DNA from: Spirochaetia bacterium
GTDB lineage: Bacteria; Spirochaetota; Spirochaetia; CAKZLE01
Reading direction: 5' to 3'
NCBI GenBank assembly: GCA_963677595.1
Contig: OY782041.1
Location: 1,920,001-1,984,000 of the forward strand
Length of the DNA: 64,000 bases
This document shows, one piece after another, positions 28,125 to 39,323 of the stretch. The translations under genes were made by a program, and so were the position numbers. The notes under the pieces are model-generated. The model was not told where the DNA came from and searched no databases. It saw only the letters and a list, made by a program, of their open reading frames with translations. Each line of letters opens with the position of its first letter. Position 1 is the first letter of the stretch.

Positions 28125-29058
28125 TATACCTTGCAGGAAGGCCTTCACGAATACTATCCTTGAGGTGGCGAAGGGAGACCGGAATATCATGGTGGTCACC
28201 TCTGATGCCAGGGGGTCTGTGACACTGGGTGACTATGCAAAGGAACTGCCTGAGCAGTTCGTGGAGGTCGGTATCGCGGAACAGAACGAGGTCGGTCTCG
28301 CAGCAGGGATGGCAACGTTCGGCAAGAACGTATTCGTCTGTGCCCCTGCATGCTTCCTGTCTGCACGATCTCTGGAGCAGGTCAAGGTCGATGTTGTCTA
28401 TACGAAGACCAATGTGAAGGTGATCGGGATCAGCGGGGGAGTGAGTTATGGTGCCCTCGGGTTCTCCCACCAGTCCCTCCATGATGTGGCAGTGATGCGT
28501 ACCTTCCCCGGGATGGTCGTGATGCTTCCCTCTGATCAGCACCAGACAGTCGAGATGACGAAATGGCTTGCTGCCAATAAGACCCCTGCGTATGTCAGGA
28601 TGGGTCGGGCTGCCGTTCCCGATGTCTATGAAGAGGGGCAGGAGTGTTTCACGTTCGGGAAGGCCAACACGGTCAAGGACGGTACGGAAGCTTCGATCAT
28701 CGCTGCCGGCGAGATGGTCTACAAGAGCATCAAGGCTGCGGAGATCCTGGAAGCTGAAGGGCTCTCAGTACGGGTCCTTGATATGCATACGATAAAACCC
28801 CTTGATAGGGATGCTATACTGAAAGCAGCAGAAGAGACTGGAGCGATCATAACGGTCGAGGAACACAGTATCTTCGGCGGGCTTGGTGCAGCTGTCTCAG
28901 AGGTCGTCATCCAGGAGAACCCGGTTCCTGTACGGATCCTCGGGATCCCTGATGAGATCCCTGTAGAGGGAGAATCCCCTGATGTATGCCGTCATTATGG
29001 GTTGGATCCGGAAGGGATCGCCAAAGAAGTCAGAAAGACTATACAGAAGAAGAGGTAA
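28114..29058 (+). CDS. aptB: Transketolase C-terminal subunit (AptB-like)
   Basis: 'PCRKAFT..L', 'SDARGSVTL', 'GIAEQ', 'ARSLEQVKVD', 'GGVSYGALG.SH.SLHD' resemble AptB as recalled; start ATG 28114. Confidence 0.7.
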   Translation: MSSNIPCRKAFTNTILEVAKGDRNIMVVTSDARGSVTLGDYAKELPEQFVEVGIAEQNEVGLAAGMATFGKNVFVCAPACFLSARSLEQVKVDVVYTKTNVKVIGISGGVSYGALGFSHQSLHDVAVMRTFPGMVVMLPSDQHQTVEMTKWLAANKTPAYVRMGRAAVPDVYEEGQECFTFGKANTVKDGTEASIIAAGEMVYKSIKAAEILEAEGLSVRVLDMHTIKPLDRDAILKAAEETGAIITVEEHSIFGGLGAAVSEVVIQENPVPVRILGIPDEIPVEGESPDVCRHYGLDPEGIAKEVRKTIQKKR

Positions 29059-29061
29059 GAC

Positions 29062-30552
29062 ATGGCTGAAGCGACTCCATCATACTTCCTGACCATCGAC
29101 CAGGGTACGTCCGGTACAAAAGCCCTGCTCTTTGGTACCGACGGGAAACTCGTGACCCGGTATGACAAGGGGCATCAGCAGTTCTATCCCCAGCCCGGCT
29201 GGGTCGAGCATGACCCGGAAGAGATCTACGGCAACATGGTCGAGGCTATGAGGACCGTCATGGAATCGGGAGGCTTGACCAGTGAGGATATCATCTGCAT
29301 CTCGATCTCCAACCAGCGTGAGACGGCACTGATCTGGGACAAACGGACCGGGAAACCGGTGATGAATGCGGTCGTCTGGCAGTGTAATCGGGCTGAGGCG
29401 ATCTGTCAGGATCTTTCTGCACATGGGTACAGCCAGCTGGTCAAGGATAAGACAGGATTGGTGCTCTCTCCCTACTTCTCCGCCGCGAAGGCAAAATGGA
29501 TCATCGACAACTGCATCGAGGATGACCTGGGAAACTACCTCTTCGGGAACGTGGACAGCTACCTGGTCTGGAAACTCACCGATGGGGCAGTCCATTCCAC
29601 CGATTATTCCAATGCGAGTAGGACACAGCTGTTCAACATCCATGGACTCAAGTGGGATGAGGAACTCCTGAAGTTGTTCGGGCTTGAAACCACCATGATG
29701 CCGGAGGTGAATCCCTCGAACAAAGTGCTTGGCTCTACCTATGAGGGCTTGTTCTCCACACCCGTCCCGATCGCGGGAGTCCTCGGTGACTCCCATGCCG
29801 CCTTCTTCGGGCAGTGCTGTACCCAGAGGGGAAGGGCAAAGGCGACCTACGGAACCGGATCATCGGTCATGATGAACATCGGGGATGACCCTGGCAAGGG
29901 CACTAACAAGGTCGTAACATCGATCGGATATGCCATTGATGATGAGATCGTCTATGTCCTAGAAGGGAACATCAACTGCACCGGTGCGACGATCAAGTGG
30001 CTGGTAGATGATCTCGAGTTGATCTCATCTTCCAAGGAGGCAGGTATCCTTGCTGCCTCTGTAGAGGACAACCAGGGAGTGTATCTGGTGCCCGCGTTCG
30101 TGGGTTTGAGTGCTCCCTACTGGAACAGTGATGTCCGTGCTTCGATCACCCAACTTACGAGAGGCACAAAGAAAGCCCATGTCGTACGTGCGGCAGAGGA
30201 GTCGATAGCCTACCAGATCATGGATGTCGTCAAGGCGATGGAAGCGGAGTCAGGTATTCACCTTGCTGAGCTCCGGGTGGACGGAGGTCCTACCCGTGAC
30301 AACTTCCTCATGCAGTTCCAGGCAGACATGCTGGATGCTGAGGTCACACGGAATAAGATCGAAGAGTTGTCAGCCACCGGGGCGATGTATATGGGTGGTC
30401 TTGCCATGGGAACCTGGAATAATCTTGAAGAGATAGAAGCGCTCAGGGAGACCGAGAAGACCTTCTCCCCAAAAGAATCTGAGCAGTGGAGAGAGAAACA
30501 CTATGCAGGATGGACCAAGGCTGTCAATGATCTGATTACGGCGAATGAATAG
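29062..30552 (+). CDS. FGGY carbohydrate kinase (glycerol kinase-like; probable apulose kinase AplK)
   Basis: 'DQGTSGTK', 'SNQRET', 'VWQC.R', 'GDSHAA', 'TYGTGSS'; WQC and DSH differ from the canonical GlpK WQD/DQQ as recalled. Confidence 0.8.
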   Translation: MAEATPSYFLTIDQGTSGTKALLFGTDGKLVTRYDKGHQQFYPQPGWVEHDPEEIYGNMVEAMRTVMESGGLTSEDIICISISNQRETALIWDKRTGKPVMNAVVWQCNRAEAICQDLSAHGYSQLVKDKTGLVLSPYFSAAKAKWIIDNCIEDDLGNYLFGNVDSYLVWKLTDGAVHSTDYSNASRTQLFNIHGLKWDEELLKLFGLETTMMPEVNPSNKVLGSTYEGLFSTPVPIAGVLGDSHAAFFGQCCTQRGRAKATYGTGSSVMMNIGDDPGKGTNKVVTSIGYAIDDEIVYVLEGNINCTGATIKWLVDDLELISSSKEAGILAASVEDNQGVYLVPAFVGLSAPYWNSDVRASITQLTRGTKKAHVVRAAEESIAYQIMDVVKAMEAESGIHLAELRVDGGPTRDNFLMQFQADMLDAEVTRNKIEELSATGAMYMGGLAMGTWNNLEEIEALRETEKTFSPKESEQWREKHYAGWTKAVNDLITANE

Positions 30553-30579
30553 GGAAAAACTTTTCCAAACCTCCTTTTT

Positions 30580-30612
30580 CCTCCAGGAAGCATCGTTTCC
30601 TGGAGGTTTTTC
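30580..30612 (+). terminator. Rho-independent terminator
   Basis: CCTCCAGGAA-7 nt-TTCCTGGAGG followed by a T tract, between convergent genes. Confidence 0.8.
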
Positions 30613-30617
30613 GATTA

Positions 30618-31730
30618 CTACTGATCACCGAGGCTGATGCCGATCTCCCGTGCTGACTTCACGTAGTGGTGGTCTATCGGGACATACTTCTTCTTCCCTG
30701 CCACATCCTCGAGGGGCACGGGTATCATCTCCGTCCCCTTGACGGCGATCATGTGGCCCCAGTTGTCCTTCATGATCTCCTGGACGCACCTGGTGCCGAG
30801 GGCGGTCGCAAGCAGTCGGTCCGCTGCCGAGGGGGTGCCTCCCCGCTGCAGGTGCCCGAGGATGGTGACCCTCGTCTCCCTGCCGGTCAGGGTCTCCAGC
30901 TTGACTGCCAGGTCCTGTGTCCTTCCCTGGATGGCCTCATCGAAGAGCTTGTTGAGCTTCTTCTGCCGCTTGAGGTCATCCGACTCCTGGCTCTCGACCT
31001 CCGATACGATCCTCGCATAGTTAGACTGGCTGATCGCCCCTTCCGCCACGGCCACGATGCTGAACTTCTTTCCCTCCCGGGATCTCCGCAGGATCGACTC
31101 GGCGATCTTCTCCTCGCTGTAGGGGATCTCTGGGGTGAGGATGACATCAGCCCCACCGGCAAGTCCTGCCCCGAGGGCGAGCCACCCGACCCGGTGTCCC
31201 ATGATTTCCACGATGATGATCCTGTGGTGGGAGTGGGCGGTGCTGTGCAGGCGGTCTATGGCTTCGGTCGCGATCATGAGGGCCGTGTCATAGCCGAAGG
31301 TCGTGTCGGTGTTAGCCACATCATTATCGATGGTCTTGGGGAGCGTTATGACGTTCAAGCCCTTCTTATGGAGACGGAAGGCGTTCTTTTGGGTCCCGCC
31401 CCCGCCGAGGCAGACGAGCCCGCTGAGGTGGTTCTTCTCGTAATTCTCGACGATGACGTCGGTCATGTCGAGGATCTTGCCACCGACCGGCATCTTGTGC
31501 GGTTTGTCCCGGCTCGAGCCGAGGATGGTACCCCCGACGGTCAGGATCCCCGAGAGCTCACTGTCACCGAGAGGGATGAATCGGTTCTCCATGAGCCCCC
31601 TGAACCCGTCCCTGAACCCAAGGAGCTTGATCCCGTGGGTATGGTCCAGTGATTTACCTACTGCGCGGATCGCAGCGTTCAGCCCGGGGGTGTCCCCTCC
31701 CGAGGTCAAGATTCCGATCAGTTTTTCCAT
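30618..31730 (-). CDS. pfkA: 6-phosphofructokinase (PfkA superfamily, mixed-substrate/group III-like)
   Basis: '[14 protein letters not shown]', 'GGGGT', 'PKTIDND', 'EIMGH', 'LGHLQRGG'. Confidence 0.9.
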   Translation of the reverse strand: MEKLIGILTSGGDTPGLNAAIRAVGKSLDHTHGIKLLGFRDGFRGLMENRFIPLGDSELSGILTVGGTILGSSRDKPHKMPVGGKILDMTDVIVENYEKNHLSGLVCLGGGGTQKNAFRLHKKGLNVITLPKTIDNDVANTDTTFGYDTALMIATEAIDRLHSTAHSHHRIIIVEIMGHRVGWLALGAGLAGGADVILTPEIPYSEEKIAESILRRSREGKKFSIVAVAEGAISQSNYARIVSEVESQESDDLKRQKKLNKLFDEAIQGRTQDLAVKLETLTGRETRVTILGHLQRGGTPSAADRLLATALGTRCVQEIMKDNWGHMIAVKGTEMIPVPLEDVAGKKKYVPIDHHYVKSAREIGISLGDQ

Positions 31731-31755
31731 AATGTACGTCCTTACTGTTAGTATA

Positions 31756-32178
31756 TCATCGAACGGGCTGGGATTGAACCCAATCTTTTATGCAGCCGGC
31801 CAGCCCCGGGTTGTGGATGCGCTCCCAGATCCTGTCGGCTTCTATACAGGACCGCATCCTCATCTCGTCCTCTGGCCAGGACTCGAGGGCTGTGAGCACC
31901 TTCATTGGGTAGAGATTGATCGTGCAGACGCCTCCCCACTTCTTTACCTGGTAGGAGCCCACAAGATGACGCTCCACGATGCCAATGAGGCCTGCTTCCT
32001 CATAGGTCTCGATGACGGCGGTCTCGATCTCGTCATGCTCCTCCTCGACGATACCCTTGGGCACCATCCAGTGCCCCTTCTTCAGGGAGGTGATGAGGAA
32101 GATGTGGAGCTTCCCGTCGATATACTGGTAGGGGATGACCCCGCTCTGTTCATAGAGGTTCATGATCCGCTGTTCCAT
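31756..32178 (-). CDS. NUDIX hydrolase, DIPP/Ddp1-like
   Basis: 'LITS...HWMVPKG...[10 protein letters not shown]', 'WPE...R'. Confidence 0.85.
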   Translation of the reverse strand: MEQRIMNLYEQSGVIPYQYIDGKLHIFLITSLKKGHWMVPKGIVEEEHDEIETAVIETYEEAGLIGIVERHLVGSYQVKKWGGVCTINLYPMKVLTALESWPEDEMRMRSCIEADRIWERIHNPGLAGCIKDWVQSQPVR

Positions 32179-32636
32179 CCTTGCAAGGCTAAAGCCCGAT
32201 TCTTGTAACTTTCTTTTTCCGTGATCTCACAGGAGAGCCAGGAGGGTAATCGCACAGCCTGTGCCTGTTCGGGGGAGGTGAACTCGATCTCTGCCGTGAT
32301 GAGCCCCTTGAGTGATTCTTGATAGGCATCGAGTTCAATCAGGTACCCGTCCGCAGGGATCTCGTACCGGTCCTTCTCGATCATGGTACCGATCACACAG
32401 GTCCTCAGGTTCTCGTAGGTCTGTCTGTCGATGGCGAACTCATGCTCGTCCCGTACCAGTGACCCAGTACTCTTTTTCGTGAAGAAATACTGTCCCTTGT
32501 AGGACCTGATACGCAGCTCGTACTCATCAGTGACGGCAAGGTATCCCTGGGAGATATGGTTCGGGGTGTACGAGCTGAGGGAGAAGGGGATCGATTCGAC
32601 ACGGTCGATGAGGAACTTCCGCTCTATCTCTTCCAT
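32160..32636 (-). CDS. CYTH/triphosphate tunnel metalloenzyme
   Basis: 'MEEIERKFL', 'ISQGYL', 'LRIR', 'IEKDRY', 'AEIEF', 'YKN'; start ATG 32636. Confidence 0.9.
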   Translation of the reverse strand: MEEIERKFLIDRVESIPFSLSSYTPNHISQGYLAVTDEYELRIRSYKGQYFFTKKSTGSLVRDEHEFAIDRQTYENLRTCVIGTMIEKDRYEIPADGYLIELDAYQESLKGLITAEIEFTSPEQAQAVRLPSWLSCEITEKESYKNRALALQGWNSGS

Positions 32637-33370
32637 ATGATCGGCTCCATCTCCTTCCACAGCTTCCGGTAGGCAACAGCCCCCTTCGACTTCCCGGCCG
32701 AGACGAGGACCGGCTCGCGGTAGAGCCCCATCTTCTCCACATCGGAGCAGTAGGGGATGACTGATGAGAGGGAGTGCTTCCTGCCGGTGAACTCCGCGAT
32801 CGTCTGCTTGTGGAGGGACTTGCGCCGGTCCGCCAAGGAGAAGAAGGTATAGAGCATCGACTCGCTGATCCGCTCTCCCTTCATGTGCTTCACTAGTTTC
32901 TCATAGGTGAGCTCCGACAGGACCGTCGGGATCATGGGGACGAACATCAGGTCAGAAGCCTCGATGATGTTCTCCGAGAGCAGCGTGATGTTCGGGGGGC
33001 AGTCGAGGATGATCAGGTCATACTCATCCGAGAAGTCGGAGAGCGTCTTCGAGAGCCGCTTCTGTGAGTTCTTCTTCTCGGACAGCTCTATATCGAGCAT
33101 GCGCAGGGAGAGGTCGGAGGGGATCACGTCGAGGCCTGTGAAGTCACTCTCCCGGATGCTCTTCCGCAGGTCCTTCCCGCCCTTGATGAGCTTCGTGCTG
33201 TCGAAGGACTTCTTCGGCCTGACCTTGAGGTAGTAGGAACTCGCGCCCTGCGGGTCAAGGTCGCACAGGAGGGTCCTCTTCCCTGCTTCCGCTGCAAGGT
33301 ATGCGATGTTCACGCAGGAGGCAGTCTTCCCGACCCCTCCCTTGATGCTGTAGAACGCTATGGTCTTCAT
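32624..33370 (-). CDS. ParA/MinD-family ATPase with no ParB partner nearby
   Basis: Deviant Walker A 'KGGVGKT', 'DLDPQG', 'LDCPP', 'VEKMGLYREPV'. Confidence 0.92.
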   Translation of the reverse strand: MKTIAFYSIKGGVGKTASCVNIAYLAAEAGKRTLLCDLDPQGASSYYLKVRPKKSFDSTKLIKGGKDLRKSIRESDFTGLDVIPSDLSLRMLDIELSEKKNSQKRLSKTLSDFSDEYDLIILDCPPNITLLSENIIEASDLMFVPMIPTVLSELTYEKLVKHMKGERISESMLYTFFSLADRRKSLHKQTIAEFTGRKHSLSSVIPYCSDVEKMGLYREPVLVSAGKSKGAVAYRKLWKEMEPIIWKR

Positions 33371-33378
33371 ATTTCCCC

Positions 33379-34863
33379 CTAGGGTGTGATGTGGATCATC
33401 CGGTAGAAGTTCTTCTGCTGCTTCTTCGAGGAGAACCTGCCAAAGGTCTGCTCGAACTCCGGGAAGAACCGGGTCTTCTCTGTCTGGAGTGAGTCTATCA
33501 CCCTGACCGCATGCCCTACCTGCTCCTGTTGTGCACCATGTGAGGCCAGGTACTGACTGAACTGTTCCATATAGGCAATATGGACACAGAGGTCGTTGAA
33601 GTTCCCGAGCAGGTCCTGCAGGCTCTTCATGGTGATGAGCAGCTTCTCCATCGGTTCGGGATCGAAGAGGCTGCTGGTGAACATCAGCATGTAGCGGAGC
33701 TTCTTGCAGTCCTTGCGCAGGGTGTGGATCCTCTCCTCCCTCGTCGCATGCGTGATCGCGTTCCCGTCCTCCAGGATCTGTTCATAGAGGGCTTTCAACC
33801 GCTTCCGGGCAAACGGGAGGAACGGCTTGTCACCTTTTGCCCTGCAGAGGTTCTTCGTCTCCTCGGTGAGCAGCTGTTCCCAGGCATCGCACTCGGCCTG
33901 GTAATCGATGCTCTCGAGGCGGGAGACCAGGTGCTTCTGGTCACTCCTCCTGGCCCTCTTCAGGTAGGTGATGAAGGGTTTGAGCTCCGTTTCCTCGAAC
34001 CCGGAGAAGAGCTCATGCGTCCCGAGGTTCCCCAGGAAGACATCCAGGTCACGTACCGGGGTGGTCTCCGTCCCGAGCAGCTTGAAGAAGCGCGAGAACC
34101 GCTTGAACTTACCACGCTTGATGATCGGGCGGAACTGGTCGAAGGCCACGCGGGTCTTCCTGATGCTGACGCGGTAGTCATGCAGGAACTCCGTATCGAA
34201 CTCCCCGATGACCCCGAACTCGTTTCCCCGGATGAACCGGATGAGGGTGGTGCAGATATGGGTGAAAGCATCGTTGATGCTCACCTCGGCATGTACGGTG
34301 AATGCCGGGACAGCTTGGCAGGATATGAGCTGCTCCATGGCAGCCATCCTCCAGGCAGCTTCTGATACCGTCTCAATGAGGCTTCCAGCCTCCACGATCT
34401 TGCCTTCCGACTTCCGGTAGCCCCTGAGCGGCTCGATGGAGATGGCCGTCGAGCCTTCTGCTTCACAGAGAGCGAGCCTGCAGACGATCTTCCCGTCGCG
34501 GTTTGAGTAGGTCCCGCTCCGTACGGTATAGGAGATCGAGCCGATGTGCAGCAGTACCCGGTCACCGATCTCAGGGGGTATCCTCCCTTGGATCTCCCCA
34601 GGGAGCCGTGCAGGCGGCAGGACTGAGGGGTCAGGCGGCAGCCTGAGGGAGCCCGACATCAACTCTTCACCGGTGTCGGTGCGGTAGAGGACTGCAGTCT
34701 TATCCACCAGTGCAAGCTGCAGGTCCTGTGCAGCCAGACTCCCGATGAAGGTGTCATAGATCTCCTGGTGGGACGACTGCGGCCTCTCCCAGCTGAAGCT
34801 CCCCTTCAGTGAGGAGGTGATCTCATCAAGCTGTTTCCCTTTCGGGAGGGTATACCATGACAC
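33379..34863 (-). CDS. CHAD domain polyphosphate-binding protein with degenerate CYTH-like N-terminus
   Basis: 'EFLHDYRVSIRKTR', 'VRDLDV', 'IHTLRKDCKKLRY', 'LQDLLGNFND'. Confidence 0.9.
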   Translation of the reverse strand: MSWYTLPKGKQLDEITSSLKGSFSWERPQSSHQEIYDTFIGSLAAQDLQLALVDKTAVLYRTDTGEELMSGSLRLPPDPSVLPPARLPGEIQGRIPPEIGDRVLLHIGSISYTVRSGTYSNRDGKIVCRLALCEAEGSTAISIEPLRGYRKSEGKIVEAGSLIETVSEAAWRMAAMEQLISCQAVPAFTVHAEVSINDAFTHICTTLIRFIRGNEFGVIGEFDTEFLHDYRVSIRKTRVAFDQFRPIIKRGKFKRFSRFFKLLGTETTPVRDLDVFLGNLGTHELFSGFEETELKPFITYLKRARRSDQKHLVSRLESIDYQAECDAWEQLLTEETKNLCRAKGDKPFLPFARKRLKALYEQILEDGNAITHATREERIHTLRKDCKKLRYMLMFTSSLFDPEPMEKLLITMKSLQDLLGNFNDLCVHIAYMEQFSQYLASHGAQQEQVGHAVRVIDSLQTEKTRFFPEFEQTFGRFSSKKQQKNFYRMIHITP

Positions 34864-34866
34864 GCC

Positions 34867-36954
34867 CTACGCACCCCCTGACTTCTGCTTTGACAGCCGT
34901 GCGAACATCTCGTAGAGGTCATGCTGGGCCCGCACCTCCCCTTCCTCCCCGGTATGGAGCGGGGTATTGAAGGTCTCAGAATTGAGGGAGTAGGAGGAGT
35001 AGGTGTCGTCGATATGGTACTGCAGGTAGGTGAAGAGCTCCTCCTTCACACCCTGGTCGTAGATCGGGGTCAGGACCTCTACACGGTTGTCGAGGTTCCG
35101 CACCATCATGTCGGCAGAGCCGATGAGGACCACCGGGTCGCCGTCATTCTCGAAGGAGAAGATCCTCGTGTGCTCGAGGTAGCGGTCGATCATCGCCTTG
35201 GCGACGATCTTGTGGTGGGCGGAATCATCGAGGGTCGTGGTCATGGAGAAGATACCGCGGATGAGGAGGATGATCTCCACCTTCTCCTGTGCGGCCTTGA
35301 TCAGGTGCCTGATCATCTTCTCGTCGACGAGGTTGTTGATCTTCAGGATGATCTTCGCAGGTTTCCCCCTCCTGGCATTGGCGATCTCGTTCTTGATCAG
35401 CTTGACCAACTGCTTCCTCGTGTAGAAGGGGGAGACGATCAGGGACTTGAACTTCGGTTCGTAGAAGGTGTTCGAGAGGAGTTTGAAGACCCGGTTCGCC
35501 TCGCTGGTGAGGCTGTGGTCTGCGGTCATGAGGATATGGTCGGTATAGAGCCGGGCTGTCGACTCGTTATAGTTCCCAGTCCCGATCAGCGCGATACGGC
35601 GTCTCTCCTTGCCGATGTACCGGCTGATGACGCAGATTTTGCTGTGGATCTTGAACCCCTCGACGCCCCCGAGCAGCGTGATGTTCGGTTCCCGGGAGAG
35701 CTTCTCGGTCCAGTACATGTTGTGCTTCTCGTCGAAGCGGGCTTGGAGCTCGATGAAGATCGTGATCTTCTTCCCGTTCCGTGCAGCGTTCCTGAGGGCG
35801 TTGATGACGCTCGAGTCCTCGGCGACCCGGTAGAGGGTGATCTTGATCGACTTGACATAGGGGTCGAGTGCCGCCTCCCGCAGGAGGTCGATGACATAGT
35901 CATACCGCTGGTAGGGAAGGTGGAGCATATAGTCCTTGGCAAGGATCTGCTCGATGAGGCTCCTCTCGAGGGAGAGTTCCGGGTGGTCCACCGGCGGCTG
36001 GGCCCGGTAGTAGAGCTCCTTCCTCCTGATCTTCGGGAAAGAGATCATGTCGCGGGCGTTATGGTACCGGCCCCCGACCATGATATTGTCACAGTCGGTG
36101 AAGTCAGCATGCTCCCTGAGGTACTCGAAGAGCTCTGAGGGCATGTCCCGGTCATATACCACCCGGACGGGGACCCCCATCTTTCGCTGCCTGATCGAGG
36201 AGCTGAGCTTCTCGTAGAGGCTCTTGGTGACCATCTCGGCCAGGTCATATTCGGCATCCCGGGTGATCTTGATCGTGTAGGCCTTGTAGCTGTCGTAGTC
36301 AAGGGTGTTGAAGATCTCCCCGAGGTGCAGCCTGATGACATCCTCGAGGATGATGAAGTAGTCCTTATTGTTCTTCGAGGGGATCCTGATGTACCGCGGC
36401 AGCATGTCAGTAGGCACCTCGATGATCGCATAGCGGTGGGGTTTGTCAGAGCCGCGGGAGTACATGTCTACGGCAAGGTAGATGCTGACATGCTTGAGAT
36501 AGGGCATGGGGAGCTCGGGGTCGAGCAGGATCGGGAAGAGCCGGTTCCTCACATGACTGGTGAAGTAGGAGTCGACGAACTGCTTCTGCAGGATGGAGAT
36601 GGTATGGTCATCCACGATGAAGATGCTGTTCTGCCGGCACTCCCTCATGACAGTCGTGAATACCGCATCGACCCGGTCGCTCAGGTCCTGGACCCGTTTG
36701 AGGATATCGCGGATCAGCTTCTTCGGCTTGATCCCTGGAGGGGCTGGATGGTTGGCCGGGTCGAGGATCATCCGGTTCAGGGAGCCGACCCTCACTGAGT
36801 AGAACTCATCGAGGTTCGATGAGAAGATCCCGATGAACTTGAGCCGCTCCATGAGGGGGGTGTGCGGGTTCTCTGCCGCGAGGAGGACCCTCTCGTTGAA
36901 GCTCAGCCACCTGAGCTCCCGGTTCACGAACACTTCCTGCCGTCTCATATACAC
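34867..36954 (-). CDS. ppk1: Polyphosphate kinase 1
   Basis: 'NRELRWLSFNERVL', 'SSNLDEFY.VRV', 'IKITLYRVA', 'ARFDE', 'KIHSK', 'GTGNYN', 'RYLEHTR'. Confidence 0.97.
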   Translation of the reverse strand: MYMRRQEVFVNRELRWLSFNERVLLAAENPHTPLMERLKFIGIFSSNLDEFYSVRVGSLNRMILDPANHPAPPGIKPKKLIRDILKRVQDLSDRVDAVFTTVMRECRQNSIFIVDDHTISILQKQFVDSYFTSHVRNRLFPILLDPELPMPYLKHVSIYLAVDMYSRGSDKPHRYAIIEVPTDMLPRYIRIPSKNNKDYFIILEDVIRLHLGEIFNTLDYDSYKAYTIKITRDAEYDLAEMVTKSLYEKLSSSIRQRKMGVPVRVVYDRDMPSELFEYLREHADFTDCDNIMVGGRYHNARDMISFPKIRRKELYYRAQPPVDHPELSLERSLIEQILAKDYMLHLPYQRYDYVIDLLREAALDPYVKSIKITLYRVAEDSSVINALRNAARNGKKITIFIELQARFDEKHNMYWTEKLSREPNITLLGGVEGFKIHSKICVISRYIGKERRRIALIGTGNYNESTARLYTDHILMTADHSLTSEANRVFKLLSNTFYEPKFKSLIVSPFYTRKQLVKLIKNEIANARRGKPAKIILKINNLVDEKMIRHLIKAAQEKVEIILLIRGIFSMTTTLDDSAHHKIVAKAMIDRYLEHTRIFSFENDGDPVVLIGSADMMVRNLDNRVEVLTPIYDQGVKEELFTYLQYHIDDTYSSYSLNSETFNTPLHTGEEGEVRAQHDLYEMFARLSKQKSGGA

Positions 36955-37058
36955 CTCGTCTTTACCTGGGTTATATGGACTATTATAACATCAAGTGCTC
37001 GAAGGGGTCACAGCAGAGGGCGTTACCTCTGTTAGATATCGGTTAAAAATGTGAGAAT

Positions 37059-38903
<1,845 letters not shown>

Positions 38904-39043
38904 AAATTTAAACCTTCCCTGACATTCTATGTCCGTTGAGACGGTACCCTGTTCGACGGCCCAATAGCAAGAGGGAAGGGCTGTTCCTGTAAGAAATAAT
39001 GGGTAATTCTTCTGACTTCCAGCGTTCGGTTCATTGATTAATG

Positions 39044-39118
39044 TTAGAAATATATCTAATAAATATAAAAAAAGATTGACAGATTTAATACATAGATATA
39101 TATTAGAAACAGATCTAA
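39044..39118 (+). promoter_or_regulatory. Promoter flanked by two TTAGA-N6-TCTAA operators
   Basis: Palindromes at 39044-59 and 39103-18; TTGACA(39076-81)-17 bp-TATATT(39099-104). Confidence 0.75.
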
Positions 39119-39165
39119 CAAAAAAGATTGTTAGTTAGATATATTTATTGCATGAGGAGGCTGTC

Positions 39166-39312
39166 ATGTATTATACTTATCAGGAGATTGCCTGTATGTC
39201 GCGGGGAAAGGCAGAACAACTGCGGTGCCTGTCCTGCAGGAAGCGCACCTCTGGTACGAGGCACCTGCTCCACGTGTTGGCAGTACTGTTCGTATCCCGC
39301 AGAACCAAGTAG
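39166..39312 (+). CDS. Unannotated 48-aa small protein or leader peptide
   Basis: GAGGAGG RBS, ATG 39166; MYYTYQEIACMSRGKAEQLRCLSCRKRTSGTRHLLHVLAVLFVSRRTK*; stop directly precedes the RBS of the next gene. Confidence 0.6.
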   Translation: MYYTYQEIACMSRGKAEQLRCLSCRKRTSGTRHLLHVLAVLFVSRRTK

Positions 39313-39323
39313 AAGGAGTCCCT

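Noticed and set aside
32624-33370. Chromosome/plasmid partition locus or replication origin
   Set aside because: No parB, parS-like palindrome, dnaA or rep gene seen; the gene is embedded in a metabolic operon.
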